Assembly (NCBI GenBank): GCA_024679065.1
Contig: JAGIQG010000020.1
Coordinates: 17,608,001-17,672,000 of the forward strand
Direction: 5' to 3'
DNA: 64,000 nt
DNA from: Sphyrna mokarran
Taxonomy: Eukaryota
The position numbers were made by a program, and so were the translations under genes. Below the pieces are notes generated by a model. It was not told where the DNA came from and searched no databases. It worked only from the letters and a program-made list of their open reading frames with translations. Positions 26,331-39,360 of this stretch are shown here, one piece after another (positions within the stretch are counted from its first letter, which is position 1; every line of letters starts with the position of its first letter).

Positions 26331-27082
26331 GGCTGACCAATTAGGTTACTAAATAATGGGGGATCAGCCAAGACAGGAGTTAGCTTTACAATTTCACAGA
26401 CTAATAAAATACCATTATGCTGGGAAGCGGGATGCAATTGGCTAAAGTATTTGACAGATATTATTGTTGATTTGTGTATCCTGAAGATGATTGATATAAA
26501 GTTACTGAAAGACAGGAATGATGGATAAGAAAACCTATAAATTGATCTGTTTTGAATTATATACGGCAGATTTTCATCGGAGAGCTCTGGCAGTTCTGAG
26601 TGTCCTGATCCCTTGGTTTCCTAGCAGTTGCTGATTTAAATCAAGTTGTGTCTTTATACAGAAATACCTGCCTCATGAGTCTAGTATTGTCTACACTGTC
26701 AGCGGTAGAGGTCACCTCAGTTACTCCACAACAGACTGAAATAAAAGAAAGTTCATGAGAATGAAAAAGGGGACAAAAGCTTGTCTTACCAATTCAAAAT
26801 TTACTTCTAAATGCCAATATTTTGTCAGAATGCATCAGTGTGACAATTGATTAGAGACTAAGCTACAATCAGACCATGTAACTTCAAACAGATTCTCCTA
26901 TACTTTCGGCATCAACCCTCAATGTTGCAAAAACTGCTGTCTTTGAGCAGCTAATGTTGGGATATTTAATACTGGAAAACTGTTTCACAATGCCATCTAC
27001 AAATGTAATACTCAATGAAGCTGATCGTTGACATATTTTAGTGGACTTTCCCATTCAGACAACAAGACACAGGAATTTTAAG

Positions 27083-27332
27083 ATAAAAGCAAAATATTGC
27101 ACATGCTAGGATCTGAAACAAAAGCTGAAAATGCTGGAAAATCTCAGCAGGTCTGGAGAGAGAATAGAACCAACATTTCAAGTCAGGATGACCATTCATC
27201 AGAAGTGGAGCCAAGGGAAATGGGACAAGATTTATATTGTTGGGGGGAGGGATGGTGGGTTAGGGGGGGGTCTGTAATTGATGGAGATAGCATAGACAAA
27301 GGGAATGTAAATGATAAAGGCTGCGAATGGTG
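27083..27332 (-). mobile_element. Family B PLE-type terminus plus purine-rich flank
   Basis: aaagcaaaatattgcacatgct..gctggaaaatctcagcaggtctgg; minus CTGATGA-A-TGGTC-ATCCT-GACTT-GAAA. Confidence 0.75.
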
Positions 27333-27337
27333 TTAAT

Positions 27338-27440
27338 TCAGTAAGAGGTCTGACAACACCAATTTTAAATCTAACCTATTTATTTGATAGTAAACTTGCA
27401 AGCTTTTGGCCTTTGTAGCCTTCGCCTGACAAAGGCCTGG
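27338..27440 (-). mobile_element. Family A PLE terminus fragment
   Basis: cagtaagaggtctgacaacacc..tttatttgatagtaaacttgcaagcttt matches 36298-36365. Confidence 0.75.
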
Positions 27441-27889
27441 TTCACCCAAACAAACGCACCTCTTTTTGAGGGAATTTGGCACTGAGGCGCCATCATCCTT
27501 GTACTGTGCAGCATTAGCAGTGACCACCACTCACCAGCCACTGCAGACTTGCCGGACCTTAAAGCCACCAGCTTTGGGGATAGGTTTTATGAGGTGATGG
27601 AAGAGTTTTATGCTGTATCCTCCGAGCCCCTCGGAGATGGACAGAGAGGACGGAGGGCTGGCTAAGTGGGTTTTCAGTTAGATGGCAGGCCTGGTGACCC
27701 CCTATTAATTGGCTGTCACCCAGTGTGTCCCACCACATGCAGAAATGGAGCCAGCTTCCTCTTTTAGCCTTGGCAGTGAGACTGGAAATATTCAGCTTAT
27801 TGGTGCTCAGGGAATACCAGTAACTTGATTCTTTTGGATAATTCAAAAATTTATATACCAGTGCACAAAGAATGATTGGGAAGTGTGGG

Positions 27890-28230
27890 AGATGGTGGAA
27901 TAATAGTGTTGTCACTGGACTAGGAATCTAAAAATCCAAGATAAAGTTTCGTTCACCTGGGTTCGAATCCCACCATGGCAATGGTGAAATTTGAATTCAA
28001 TTAAAAAAAAAAAATTGCAATCATAAATTTAACCGTGAAACCATTGTCAATTGTCGTAAAAAATCCTTCTGGTTCACGAATGCCCTTCAGTGAAGGAAAT
28101 CTGCTGTCCTTACCTGGCCTGGTGACTCCAGAGCCACAGCAATGTGGTTAACTCTTAAATACACACTCGATCCAAGGGCAATTAGGGATGGGCAATAAAT
28201 GCTGGCCCAGTATCCCATGAATGAATAATA
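27890..28230 (+). mobile_element. Second tRNA-headed SINE family sharing its 3' end with the LINE at 25500-26330
   Basis: B-box gggttcgaatccc; tail agggcaattagggatgggcaataaatgctggcc. Confidence 0.75.
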
Positions 28231-28514
28231 AAATGTTGAAAGATACTGGATGTATTTAATTATTCAGCATCTTAAAAACTGTAACCATTTGGAACTGACA
28301 AAGCGAATGACTGGTGTTTGTGTAAGAATACAAACAGGCGGTTTTTCCACATCAAGTTGGAACTAAATATTGGAAAAATACCATCTCTTAGAAGGGATTT
28401 AACAATATTGTGCTCTCAAAATAGAATATTTTTAGCCAATTACATAATATTTTAGGTTGATATTCTGTGCAATAACCTATCTCCCTGCAGTTATGAATTG
28501 AAATCTTTGGAGTC

Positions 28515-28610
28515 AGTGGCGAGGCTGATTAGCTCAGTTGACTTGATGGTTAGCATTTGGTTCAGAGTAAGGGCAGTAGCACTGGGTTCGATCCCTGTTC
28601 CAGCTGATGT
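28515..28610 (+). mobile_element. tRNA-derived SINE head of a third family
   Basis: A-box tagctcagttg and B-box gggttcgatccc, no intact cloverleaf. Confidence 0.5.
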
Positions 28611-28871
28611 ACAAATCACAGCACAGGGTATAGTTCAGCGACCCTTGAATAATTAACAATATTACCATGGAAAGAGGCATCAGTGTCAATCTGTCTGAAA
28701 CTGGCCCATAACCCGGTGATGAGCCGGCTGCTTTGCACTTGTACACTACCTGTGACTTGTGCATCATAAATTATCCGATTGGCCATGTCCAGTCATGTAT
28801 TTAATAACAATCCTTCAGGCTTCTATTGTGAATGACTTCACGCTGGGAACTGTAAGGAACCCATTTCCAAA

Positions 28872-28890
28872 CTACCAGCAGATGGCAGAC
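28872..28890 (+). promoter_or_regulatory. Candidate CTCF site
   Basis: CCAGCAGATGGCAG at 28875-28888 matches CTCF core. Confidence 0.45.
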
Positions 28891-29064
28891 AGGTACTGTC
28901 TATACTGCATCTACATAGAATGTCAGACTGTATAACCAAGGATCCTGAACGTATTATAAAATACTCATGTTTTAACTATAAACCAACTTCTATATTACCT
29001 TCACTGTCAACATGTCAGTCTTTTTTTTAAACAGTGGCCATTGATATATTAGTGTTTTAACTAG

Positions 29065-29552
29065 CTAGGGTGTAATGGTTAACACTGCTGCCTCTCAGCT
29101 CTAGGAACCTGAGTTCGATTCCAGCCTTGGGTGACTGTTTGGAGTTGCATGTTCTCCATGTGCCTTCATGATGCAAAATAGTGTCCCAAGTTATATAGAT
29201 TAGGGGGATTAGCAGGTTATGTGAATAGGACAGGTCGTGGGCCGAGGTGAGGTGGTCTGTCAGAGAGCTAGTGCAGACCTGATGAGCTGAATATCCTCCT
29301 TCTGCACTGCAGGGATTTTAAGCGTGGGTTCCCTCCTGGTGCTCCAGTTTCCACCCACCATCTAAAGATGTGCAGGTTAGGTGGATTGACCATGCTAAAT
29401 TACTCTTTAATGTCCCAAGATGTGTAGATTAGATGGGTCAGCCATGATGCATGTGTGGGGTTACAGGGACAGGGTGGGAGAGATGCACTGTCAGAGAATT
29501 GGCACAGACTCAGTGGGCCGAATGGCCTCTTCTGCACTGTAGGCGTTCTATG
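29065..29552 (+). mobile_element. Two tandem V-SINE copies (one with head, one headless), tail A
   Basis: Head at 29065-29135; tails ending ~29320 and ~29552. Confidence 0.8.
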
Positions 29553-30258
29553 AAGCTCTTCTATAAGCTCCCACTCTTGTCTGCGTTGGGGAGAGGAGTC
29601 AAGCGGCACAGGCTTGCTGTTTCCAGAAGGATCAATTGATGAGATGAGGGTGTCCAGGACGAATTTATCTGTCCCTCCTGAGGTGCCTGAGACTGGTGTT
29701 GGAAGAGCTTGGAACCTTGTGGTCTCGATGCTGCCTTCTGATTGCAGGAGGCACAGGGAGGGTGTGGAGCGACCTGCAAGTGAAGTAAAACAATTATTTT
29801 TGAAAGATGACAGACATTGTGGGGATGGGGGGTGGGGGGAGCAGGCATGTCCCCTGTGCAGTGAATAACATCGATAAGACAGTTCCTCAGCCAAATTCAG
29901 ACGTGGAAAGCTCTTTAATAATGCACAGATGGTCTCACAGCTGAATGCAATTAAGGATTTTTGCCACCCTGTCTGTAAAATCTGCACTGCTTTCTGTTAG
30001 AGGTCAGCCAGTGTCTCACATTATAGACTGGCAAATACTGAATTTTTAAATTTACTTCAAGCATGCCTAAAGCACAACGCGGAGTGCTTGTTCTACCTGG
30101 CTTAGGGATTTGTTGGCATGGTCTTGCATGTTAAAATAGTGTCAAAATTGGTTCATGGCCTTGAAAGCTCTGGAATCTTCTATTGTATATTTATTATGGG
30201 CACAGTCCTTGCACAGTAGCAGAAATCATTCCAATAATTCTGCTTCTCCCAACGATTT

Positions 30259-30293
30259 GGCACTCCACCTGGTGGCCAGCCCGGCAATGGCAG
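30259..30293 (-). promoter_or_regulatory. Candidate CTCF site with upstream module
   Basis: Minus strand CTGCCATTGCCGGGC-TGGCCACCAGGTGGAGTG. Confidence 0.5.
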
Positions 30294-30479
30294 GATTTGA
30301 TCATAAATCTCCTTGAATGGGATTCCTGCGTCTTTTTCTTAAAAAAAAATTAGTTTCACTTTTTTTTTGCTTTTCAATCAGTGAACGGATCCATTTACAA
30401 AGAAAGAGAACAATAGACCTACTCCTTCCTGGGAGCTGAACTGCCAAAAATTGTACAATTTACATTTTCATTACAATTT

Positions 30480-30756
30480 ATTTATACCAGTAGACTTGCA
30501 TTAACACTGCAAAGAAATCACTATGAATATCCCCTAGTCATCACACTACGGCGCCTGTTCGGGTACACTGAGGGAGAATTTAGCACAGCTGATGCACCTA
30601 ATCTTTCGGACTGTGGGAGGAAACTGGACCTCCGGGAGGAAACCCATGCAGACATGGGGAGAATGTGCAGATTCTGCACAGACAGTGACCCAGGCCAGGA
30701 ATCGAACCCAGGTCCCTGTGAGGCTGCAGTGCTAACCACTGTGCCATCGTGCCTCC
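30480..30756 (-). mobile_element. V-SINE, tail B
   Basis: ggcgcctgttcgggtacactgagggagaatttagca; gcagtgctaaccactgtgcc. Confidence 0.85.
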
Positions 30757-32196
30757 TGTTGCAAACTGAAGTAATTCTTTTTCTCCCCCATTTGATTGCC
30801 TCTTGTCTCTCCACGAGAACTCGTATTCTGTTCTGTTTTCTCTCCACCCCAATAACGAAAGCCCAAACTCTGCCACCAAAACACAAGGATACGCAGTGAC
30901 ACGTCCAGCCCTTAAAATGAGTTGCTTTTAAACACCAGCACGTTCCCTCAGCACGCTGCCTACTTTCACACCTTTTCAATCAAACAGCAGTTTAAAAAAA
31001 CACCCAGAGGGCACAACATGCTGAACTGCTCGCGTCCAACTGCTAATGTTTGAGCTTAACTATCGCTGCAAAGTAGCCTAACTGTAAAGGGGCCAGATTA
31101 CATCTTGGGTACAGTGAATCGCGGCTGGCAGGAAGGAAATTCCTGTGATCTCAGGGGAATCAGCCGATAAAGGAGCTAATGTACTATATCACCACCTCAA
31201 CATACGCAACACGAAATGAGAAAATCCCGCATAGAAAGCATATCGTGGCTTGTCCACATTCAGTCTGGACCGCACTCCCTTCACCTTGTGAAATTCACAT
31301 GATTCTTGGGCCACGAGTGGAGCAAACCTTTCCATTAACCCAATCCTTGCGCACTTTTGTCTTAAAGGAACAGTTATTTTTAACAATCCCTTGGTAATTT
31401 TACCCCGAGATAAAATATAAGCCGTGTCCTTTGGTGTGGCGTTTGGGTGTTTTGAGGAGCAGCCTGTGCTTAGTATTTGACTGATTACTAACAAGTGTTT
31501 ACAGCGTGTAGATAAAAAGTCTGTTGGATTGTTATAAATGACAGGAAGCTAACTTTGCCATGTGTATCAACACGGTAACTGGTGGTTTGCTTCGCTCCTT
31601 ACAAAAGCCCAGTTGCCTTCTGAACTATCCATAGAGCCACATCATCAGCACTCTATCAATCAAGGGCACTGTTTCCGTCTCCATAATATGTAAAAAAAAA
31701 ACCCCCAATGGGCTTGATTAATGGAAGCAAAAAAAGATATTTTTCTTGTGTATACATCTGGTAACCATATTTTGTTCATCTGTTGCACATACCCTCGGTA
31801 TAATAGATGTATTTTTTTTTTCATGTTTGTGATGATACTGGTCCTGACTAGCACTCACACTAGCTGCTTTTTTTTTGAACGGGTGCTGAAATTAAGCTTT
31901 TGAATAGAACGACTTAAAAGAGGTAGCATTAGACTAAGCATAGATTAGTATTGATCCAAGTGCTGTTGTATAAGATGTAACCTCATTAAGGAAGGCCAAA
32001 GAAAGGTGAATGTGGTTGTCGTGTCTCGTTGATACTCCTGCCGTTTGCTTAGCAACAGATTCTCTGCACCTTTTTTTTAAAACAAATTCTCCTTCATGTG
32101 AAGCAACGATTGTTTTAAGGAGAAATGAAACTGTTTGCAGGGTCAGGGTTGAAATCAAGCCTGGTGTTCTATCAGTGTGAGGTGGAAATGGCAACA

Positions 32197-32331
32197 GGGC
32201 TAGGATTTTCCGGTCACGCTTGCCCCAAGGTTGGAAATTCCCGCCCAAAGCCAACGGGTCTTTACCCACTCTCTCTCTCCCCCCTCCCACCCGCTACAAA
32301 TACTGTGGCGGATGGGACAGGAAAATACCGC
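32197..32331 (+). mobile_element. ~130-bp MITE-like element, copy 2
   Basis: ggattttccgg...caggaaaatacc inverted ends. Confidence 0.55.
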
Positions 32332-32929
32332 TCTAGGTTCTTAGCATGTGACAGGCTTATTTACAAATTGCAAAATATCTCTGCCAAAGCAAATACCTGC
32401 ACCCAAACTTATAGTTCAGCTTCTAGTAGTTGCTATGGCATCTGCTTACTTTGCTCCAACTCCAATCAAATGTAAGCAATCAAGTGCAGTGAGCATAGGT
32501 CAGTTAGCAGGCGCTCGTAATTGAGCACAGAAAATTAAACCATTCAACACCACAACCAGATCATCAAAATGCAAATCACCTCACTTTCCAGCTGTAAGAA
32601 TCTCCCGCATGTTAATTTGGGCAGTCAACAGAATGTTTAGTGCACGTGGGTCACAAGCACAAATTATCCATCGCTCTAAAAGCGGCTGGAGTTGGAATGG
32701 AAAATGCACTTTGATTTGATCTGGGACGCTCTCTTTAAGTTTGGAATGGAGGAAGACCATTGAGGGAATAGAAGGAGCTTTAGTTTTAATCCCTGTGTCT
32801 GCCTGTGAGTGCTTTTTTTTCTTACTGATGTCGAAGGTGGAAAAGTGTGCCCTCATTTTGAGCACAAAGGAAGAATTTTTCAATGGAAATCAAGGATGGT
32901 GTTGATGTAAAAATGCTGTTCTGTCTCCT

Positions 32930-33095
32930 CAGTGCAGGTTAGGTGGACTGGCCATGTTAAATTGCCCCAAGATGTGAAAGTTAGAAGGATTTGTGAGGTA
33001 AATATGTGGGATTATGGGGACAAGGTGTGTGTAAAATGCTTTGTTGGAAAGTCAGCGCAAACTTGATGGGCCAAATGCACTATAGTAATTCTATG
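32930..33095 (+). mobile_element. Headless V-SINE, tail A
   Basis: gtgcaggttaggtggactggccatgttaaattgcccc..gatgggccaaatg..ttctatg. Confidence 0.75.
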
Positions 33096-33349
33096 AAATC
33101 AAGTGCCAGCAATTGGTCAGAGTTGGTCAGTCTGGAATTGTGACTGTTCTTAGACTTACCAATATTGATCATTGCAAAAGAGAAGGGGCCAAGTACAACA
33201 GTGTTCTGATTTTCCCAGTCCAAGGGGAGAGGTAAGGGAACATAGCTAAAGCTAATCCAGTCATCTGCTGGAAGAAGTGTGGTGCTGTCTCGGAGTACTT
33301 CAGAATCAGTGAATTACTTCGCTCACATTGTCAATCTTGTACGTAATTT

Positions 33350-34000
33350 TTTTAATCTTTCATGAGATGTGAGCATTGCTGATGAGACCAGCATTTGTTG
33401 CACATCCCTAATTGCCCTTGAACAGAGTGGCAGGCTAGACCACTCAGAAAGGCAGCTAAGAGTCAACGGCACTGTTATTTGTCTGGAATTACACGTTGGT
33501 CAGATCAAGTAAAGATGGTGAATTTAAAATAAAGTTTATCTATTAATCACAAGTAAGGCTTATGTTAACCCTGCAATGAAGTTACTGTGAAATTCCTCTA
33601 GTTCCCACAGTCCAGTGCCTGTTTGGGTCGATGCACCCTAACTAGCGCAGCTTTAAGACCGTGGGAGGAATCTGGAGCACTCGGAGGAAACCCACGCAGA
33701 CACGAGGAGAAAGTGCAAACTCTGTGACCCAAACTGGGAATTGATACCCAGGTCCCTGGCATTGTGAGGCAGCAGTGCTAACCATTGTGCTACCCTAAAT
33801 TTCCATGCCTAAAAGACATTGGAGAACGAGATGAGATTTTACGACAATCAGTGGCAGTTGTCATGGTCACCATTATTGAGACTAGCTTTATATTCCAAAT
33901 TTATTAGCTGAATTTAAACTCTCATCAGTTGCCGAGGTGGGATTGGAACCTATGTACCCTGAGCATCAGCCTGCGCCTCTAGATTATTAATCCAGTGACT
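33350..34000 (-). mobile_element. Second-family SINE interrupted by a V-SINE (tail B, ~33527-33796, minus)
   Basis: catccctaattgcccttg tail; host element resumes after 33796 (atttcc..cctaaaagacatt). Confidence 0.75.
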
Positions 34001-34954
34001 TGCAGCTATGTCAACACCTTCCCCTGCCATAGCATCCTGCGAACAGAATGAATTAAGGAAGATCAAAAGACTTGTCTGCACTTCTTTGAATACCGTCAAA
34101 GCATCTTTTACATAAATGTGGACAGGCAGATGAGATCCCAAAGTCTTCAAAATACTCTGAAAATTCACAAAATGTGCTTGCTTAGAATTATGAATGGAGG
34201 TGAGAACATAAGAACAAGGAGCAGGAGTAGGCCATTTGGCCCCTCGAGCCTGTTCCGTCATTCCATAGGATCATGGCCGATCTTTGTGTGGACTCAGTTC
34301 TACTTACTGCCCGCTCCCCGTCACCTTTAATTACTGTTGAAGAATCAATGATCTATCTTGGAGGGCAGATAAAAACTGAGGCAAAGTGATGGTTTGGAGC
34401 AGGCCAATATTTTGGGAGGGGAAAAGTAGCATTAGAAAAGACAGCTTGAAAATCATGTGCAATGAAAGCAAATCAATTGTTGCAGTTTAAAAAAAATCTA
34501 GATTGGAGAAAATGTCCCAAAGGAGTTTATTATAAATATTAAGGGATTCACTATAATTCTTTTTTATCAACAGTCAGTTGAATAAAGCTATTGCCGGCAA
34601 CTTGACTCCTTTCGAAGGAAATATATGATTTTGAAGTATACAATTGTTCCAATACCTCATCTGTCACTGTCAAACTGTAAGATGAATCAAAAGGGAATTG
34701 AAACATTGGATCCCAAGCCCTTAAATCAGTTTTTAATTGCGGATATAAAATGTTTTCTCCTCCAGCTCTTGCTTGACTGGAGAGTCCTCTGAGTTGAGCA
34801 GTCACTCAAATTATTCCTTTTCCGGCAATCTGCTAATGCAATGTGAGCAGACCTTTGAAAATAAGTCCTCCCTCAGCACCAGGTCTCTCACTCCAGCTGA
34901 GTGTGGATTGAACTGGAGTTCCTTTGCCTTGAGACGTGATGAATCAAAGCACTT

Positions 34955-35490
34955 TTTGAATGCCAGCTGCAATTCTCACCAACCTTTACAGATGCACCGT
35001 AGAAAGCTTTCTTTCTGGTTTTATCACAGCTTGGTATGGCTCCTGCTTTGCCCAAGACTGCAAGGAACTACAAAAGGTCGTGAATGTAGACCAATCCATC
35101 GTGCAAACCAGCATCCCATCCATTGACTCTGCCTATACTTCCCATTGCCTCGGCAAAGCAGCATTATTAAGAACATCTGCATACCCCAGATGTTCTCTCT
35201 TCCACCTCCTTCCGTCAGGAAAAAGATATAAATGTCTGAGGTCACATACCTACTGACTCAAAAACAATTTCTTTACTGCCCATCAGTAATTTCTTTACTG
35301 CCCATAGGTCCATCAGACTTTTGAATGGACCTACCTCACATTAAGTTGATCTTTCGCTATACCCTAGCGATGACTAACACTTCATTCTACACTCTCTCTT
35401 TTCCATCTTTACAAATGGTATGCTTTGTTTGTATAGCAAGGCACAGTACTTTTCACTCTGTTAATACATGTGACAATAATAAATCAAATC
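34955..35490 (+). mobile_element. Rex1/Babar-like LINE 3' portion
   Basis: ORF 34960-35256 LYRCTVESFLSGFITAWYG..ELQKVV..LLPSGKRY; tail catgtgacaataataaatcaaatc. Confidence 0.85.
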
Positions 35491-35777
35491 ACTGTCTCAC
35501 CATGGCTGTCTTTAATATGGAGAAAATGTCCAAAGGCATTTCAACCAACGCCTAAATGGAGAGAAAATTGACACCAGTTAAGGAAAGAGCCATTAAAATC
35601 CAGGTGAACTTGACTCTTAGCTCAGGAGTTAGGCCTTAATAATCAGAGATTTGAATACAGAATTTTGCAGCTAAGAGCACAAACTACTTGGTCTTTAATT
35701 ATTGATGACATGAGTGGAGGTGCACAAGATTTTAGAGTTGGAAGAAAGCAGTCTTTGTATATTTGTATATGTGAAAA

Positions 35778-36085
35778 GGGTGGCACAGTTGTTAGCACTG
35801 CTGCCTCACAGTGCCAGGGACCTGGATTCAATTCCCGGCTCAGGTCGCTGTCTGGGAGAAATTTTCCCGTTCTCCCTGTGTCTGCATGGGTTCTCTCCAG
35901 GTGTTCCTGTTTTTTCCCACAGATTTGAAGGTTAGGTGTATTGGTCATGATAAATTGTCCCTTATTGTCAGGGGGACCAGCATGAATAAATGCATGGGGT
36001 TATGGGGATAGGGTCTCAGGTAGGATTGTTGTTGGTGCTGACTTGATAAGCTGAATGACCTCCTCCAGCTTTGTAGGATTCTCTG
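35778..36085 (+). mobile_element. V-SINE, tail A
   Basis: gggtggcacagttgttagcactgctgcctcacagtgccagggacc head. Confidence 0.85.
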
Positions 36086-36297
36086 AAAAGGGATTTTTTA
36101 TTTCGGAAATTGAATCCTGTGCTGACTGACTAATTGGCTTGCCATAGTCATGAGGTACAGTGCCTGTGGACAGATATCTTGGGTTCAGCCCAATAAAAAC
36201 TTTCCCACAGTAGAGGTTACACAAGCAGAGTCCCCTCTTTCAAATTAAAGAGAGTTCACAAAAAAAACAGAGTTAGATGTCTGGAGGACAAGATAAA

Positions 36298-38404
36298 ATA
36301 AGAAGTCTGACAACATCAGGTTTAAGTCCAACCGATTTATTTTATAGTAAACTCGCAAGCTTTCGAGGTTTGCCCCTTCGTCAGGTGAATGGAGAGTTCT
36401 GGCCTCAGACAGAGCATACAACAACACAGACATTTTACAGATTACTGATTAGAATGCCAGTCTTTACAACTAACTTGCTATTCAAGTTTTAAAGAGGCCG
36501 TGCTCTCATTCCATGTACTCTCCACATTGGGGATCTCTACTGCCTCCCAAAGATACACAAGGCAAACACACCCGGCCGTCCCATTGAATCGGGCAGTGGG
36601 ACCCTGTGCGAGAACCTCTCCAGCTATGTTGAGGGCATCCTGAAACCTATTGTATAGGTCCGACACTACGGACTTCCTACAGAAACTCAGCACACGTGGA
36701 GCAATTGAACCATGGACACTCCTCATCACAATGGATGTCTCAGCACTCTACACCAACATCCTCCATGACAATGGCATTGCTGCCTCAGTACTCAATGCCG
36801 ACAACTGCCAGTTTCCAGATGCAATTTTATAACTCACCAGCTTTATCTTGGACCATAATGTTTTCATCTTTTTCATCCAGACACATGGAACAGTTATGGG
36901 GACCAAATTCACACCTCAATTTGCCAACATCTTCTTGCACAGGTTTGAACAAGTCTTCTTCACCGCATGAGATCTTCAACCAATGCTATACACTAGATAC
37001 ATTGATGACATTTTCTTCCTTTGGACTCATGGTGAACAATCACTGAAACAACTATATAATGATATCAACAAGTTCCATCCCACCATCAGACTCACCGTGA
37101 ACTATTCTCCAGAATCGATTGCATTCTTGGACACATGCATCTCCGTCAAGGACGGTCACCTCAGCACCTCACTGTATTGCAAGCCTACCGACAACCTCAC
37201 AATGCTCCACTTCTCCAGCTTCTGCCCTAAACATGTGAAAGAAGCCATCCCCTATGGACAAGCCCTCCATATACACAGGATCTGCTCAAATGAGGAGGAT
37301 TGCAGCAGACACCTCCAGATGCTGAAAGATGCCCTCTTAAGAACAGAATATGGCGCTCGGCTCATTGATCGACAGTTCCGATGCGCCATAGTGATAAACC
37401 GCACCGACCTCCTCAGAAGACAAACACGGGACACGGTGGACAGATTACCCTTCGTCATCCAGTACTTCCCCAGAGTGGAGAAGCTACAACATCTTCTCTG
37501 GAGTCTTCAACATATCATTGATAAAGACACCATTTAGCCAGGGCCTTCCCCACACCCCCACTTTTTGCTTTCAGACAACCGCGCAACCTCAAACAGACCA
37601 TTGTTCGCAGCAAACTCCCAAGCCTTCAGGAGAACAGTGACCACAATACCACACAACCCTGCCACAGCAACCTCTGCAAGACATGCTGGATCATTGACAT
37701 GGATGACATCATCATACGTGAGAATACTATCCACCAGGTACACGGTACATACTCTTGCAACTCGACCAACGTTGTCTACCTAATACGTTGCAAGAAAGGA
37801 TGTCCCGAAGCATGGTACATTGGGGAGACCATGCAGACACTACGACAGCAGATGAATGAACATCGCTTGACAATCACCAGGATTCCTGTTGGCGAACACT
37901 TCAGCTGTTACGGGCATTCGGCCTCTGATCTTTGAGTAAGCATTCTCCAAGGGGGCCTTCCCAACACACGACAGCACAGAGTTGCTGAGCAGAGACTGAT
38001 AGCCAAGTTCCCACACATGAGGATGGTCTTAACAAGGACCTTATGTTCATGTTGCACTATCTATAACCCCCATGACTTGCCTGGGTTAGCAAAAAACTTC
38101 ACTTACTGTGCTGTCTGGAGACAATACACATCTCTTTAACCTATGCTTAATGCTCCTTCCACTCACATTGTCAGCCACTTTAAGACTTGAATAGCAGGTT
38201 AGGTGTAAAGACTTGCATTCTAATCAGTAATCTGTAAACTGTCTGTGCTGTTATATTCTCTGTCTGAGGTCAGAACTCTCCATTCACCTGACGGAGGGGC
38301 AAACCCCAAAAGCTTGTATTTCCTATCTATCGGTTGGACTTAAACCTGGTGTTGTCAGACTTCTTACTATGTTTACCCCAGTTCAATGCTGGCATCTCCA
38401 CAGC
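36298..38404 (+). mobile_element. Penelope-like retroelement (RT + GIY-YIG), 5'-truncated, inverted terminal repeat, family A
   Basis: TMDVSALYTNI and YTRYIDDIFFLW RT motifs; NVVYLIRC..C..WYIGET GIY-YIG; 36298-36470 is reverse complement of ~38200-38368; AGGACAAGATAAA at 36285-36297 and 38405-38417; stops/frameshifts present. Confidence 0.93.
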
Positions 38405-38417
38405 AGGACAAGATAAA

Positions 38418-39360
38418 GACGGAGAAGAAGTAGACCATGAATGGATATGAAGTATACATTAATTGAAAGATGTCAGATCCTGAACGGTATTGATAAGGTG
38501 GAGGTAGAAAAGATATTTCTGCTTCTGGGTAGATCCAGAACGAGGAGGAATTGTTTTAAAATTAGAGATTACCCTTGTGGGATAGAAATGAGAAGAATAT
38601 TTCTCTGTGGGTTGTGCAAATTTGGAACTCTCTGCCTCAGAAGGTGAAGGAAGGAGATCAGTGAATATTTTTAAGTCAGACATAGATACATTCTCCTTCT
38701 TGAGCAAGGGAATCAAAGGTTATAGGGACAGGTGGGAAATGTGATACTTGACACAGTTCAGCCATGAGCTTATTGAAAGGAACAGATTTGAGGGGCTGAA
38801 TGGCCTACGCCCTCTTTTATTTTGTATGTTTGTATCTGATGAGAGTTTAAATGGGAGGTTTACAGAGCATGCATGTAAAAGCACTAAGGGTGGTGAGCAG
38901 GTGCAAAGAAGCAAGTGGGAATATGATGCTGTTGCAATAATGGAGATAGAGACGACAAACTGCGTAATAAATATTCCTGGACAGAAGGTGTTTAGAAAAG
39001 AAAGTTGGAAGAGTGGACGTATTGATTAAGGAGAGTGTTACAATGCTGGAGGAAGGAGGTGTCCTGGAATGGTCAAGGCCAGAAGTTAGATTGCGACTGG
39101 ATTAGGAACTATACGATAGGAAGGAGGTGAATGCATTGGAGAGAGTGCAGGAGAGGTTTACAAGAGTAGTTCAAGAGATGAACTATTTCAGTTGTCAGGA
39201 TAGAGTGGAGAGATTGGAACTATTCTCTTTGGAGAGAAAGTGGCAAAGAGAAGATTTGATAGAAATAGTCAACATCATGATGTGTTGGACAGAGTAGATA
39301 AGGAAGAACTATTCCTGCTTGTAAAAGGTTCAAAGGGAAAAGAGATTTGCAAAAGAAGTG
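38418..39360 (+). mobile_element. Decayed CR1 fragments (one split by the PLE)
   Basis: ILNGIDKVEVEKIF...SRTR..FKIR; aatgcattggagagagtgcag..aggtttaca. Confidence 0.75.

Noticed and set aside
27890-28610. tRNA genes at B-box motifs
   Set aside because: No cloverleaf; they are SINE heads
29400-29987. 195-aa minus ORF
   Set aside because: Low-complexity, runs into SINE sequence, no domain
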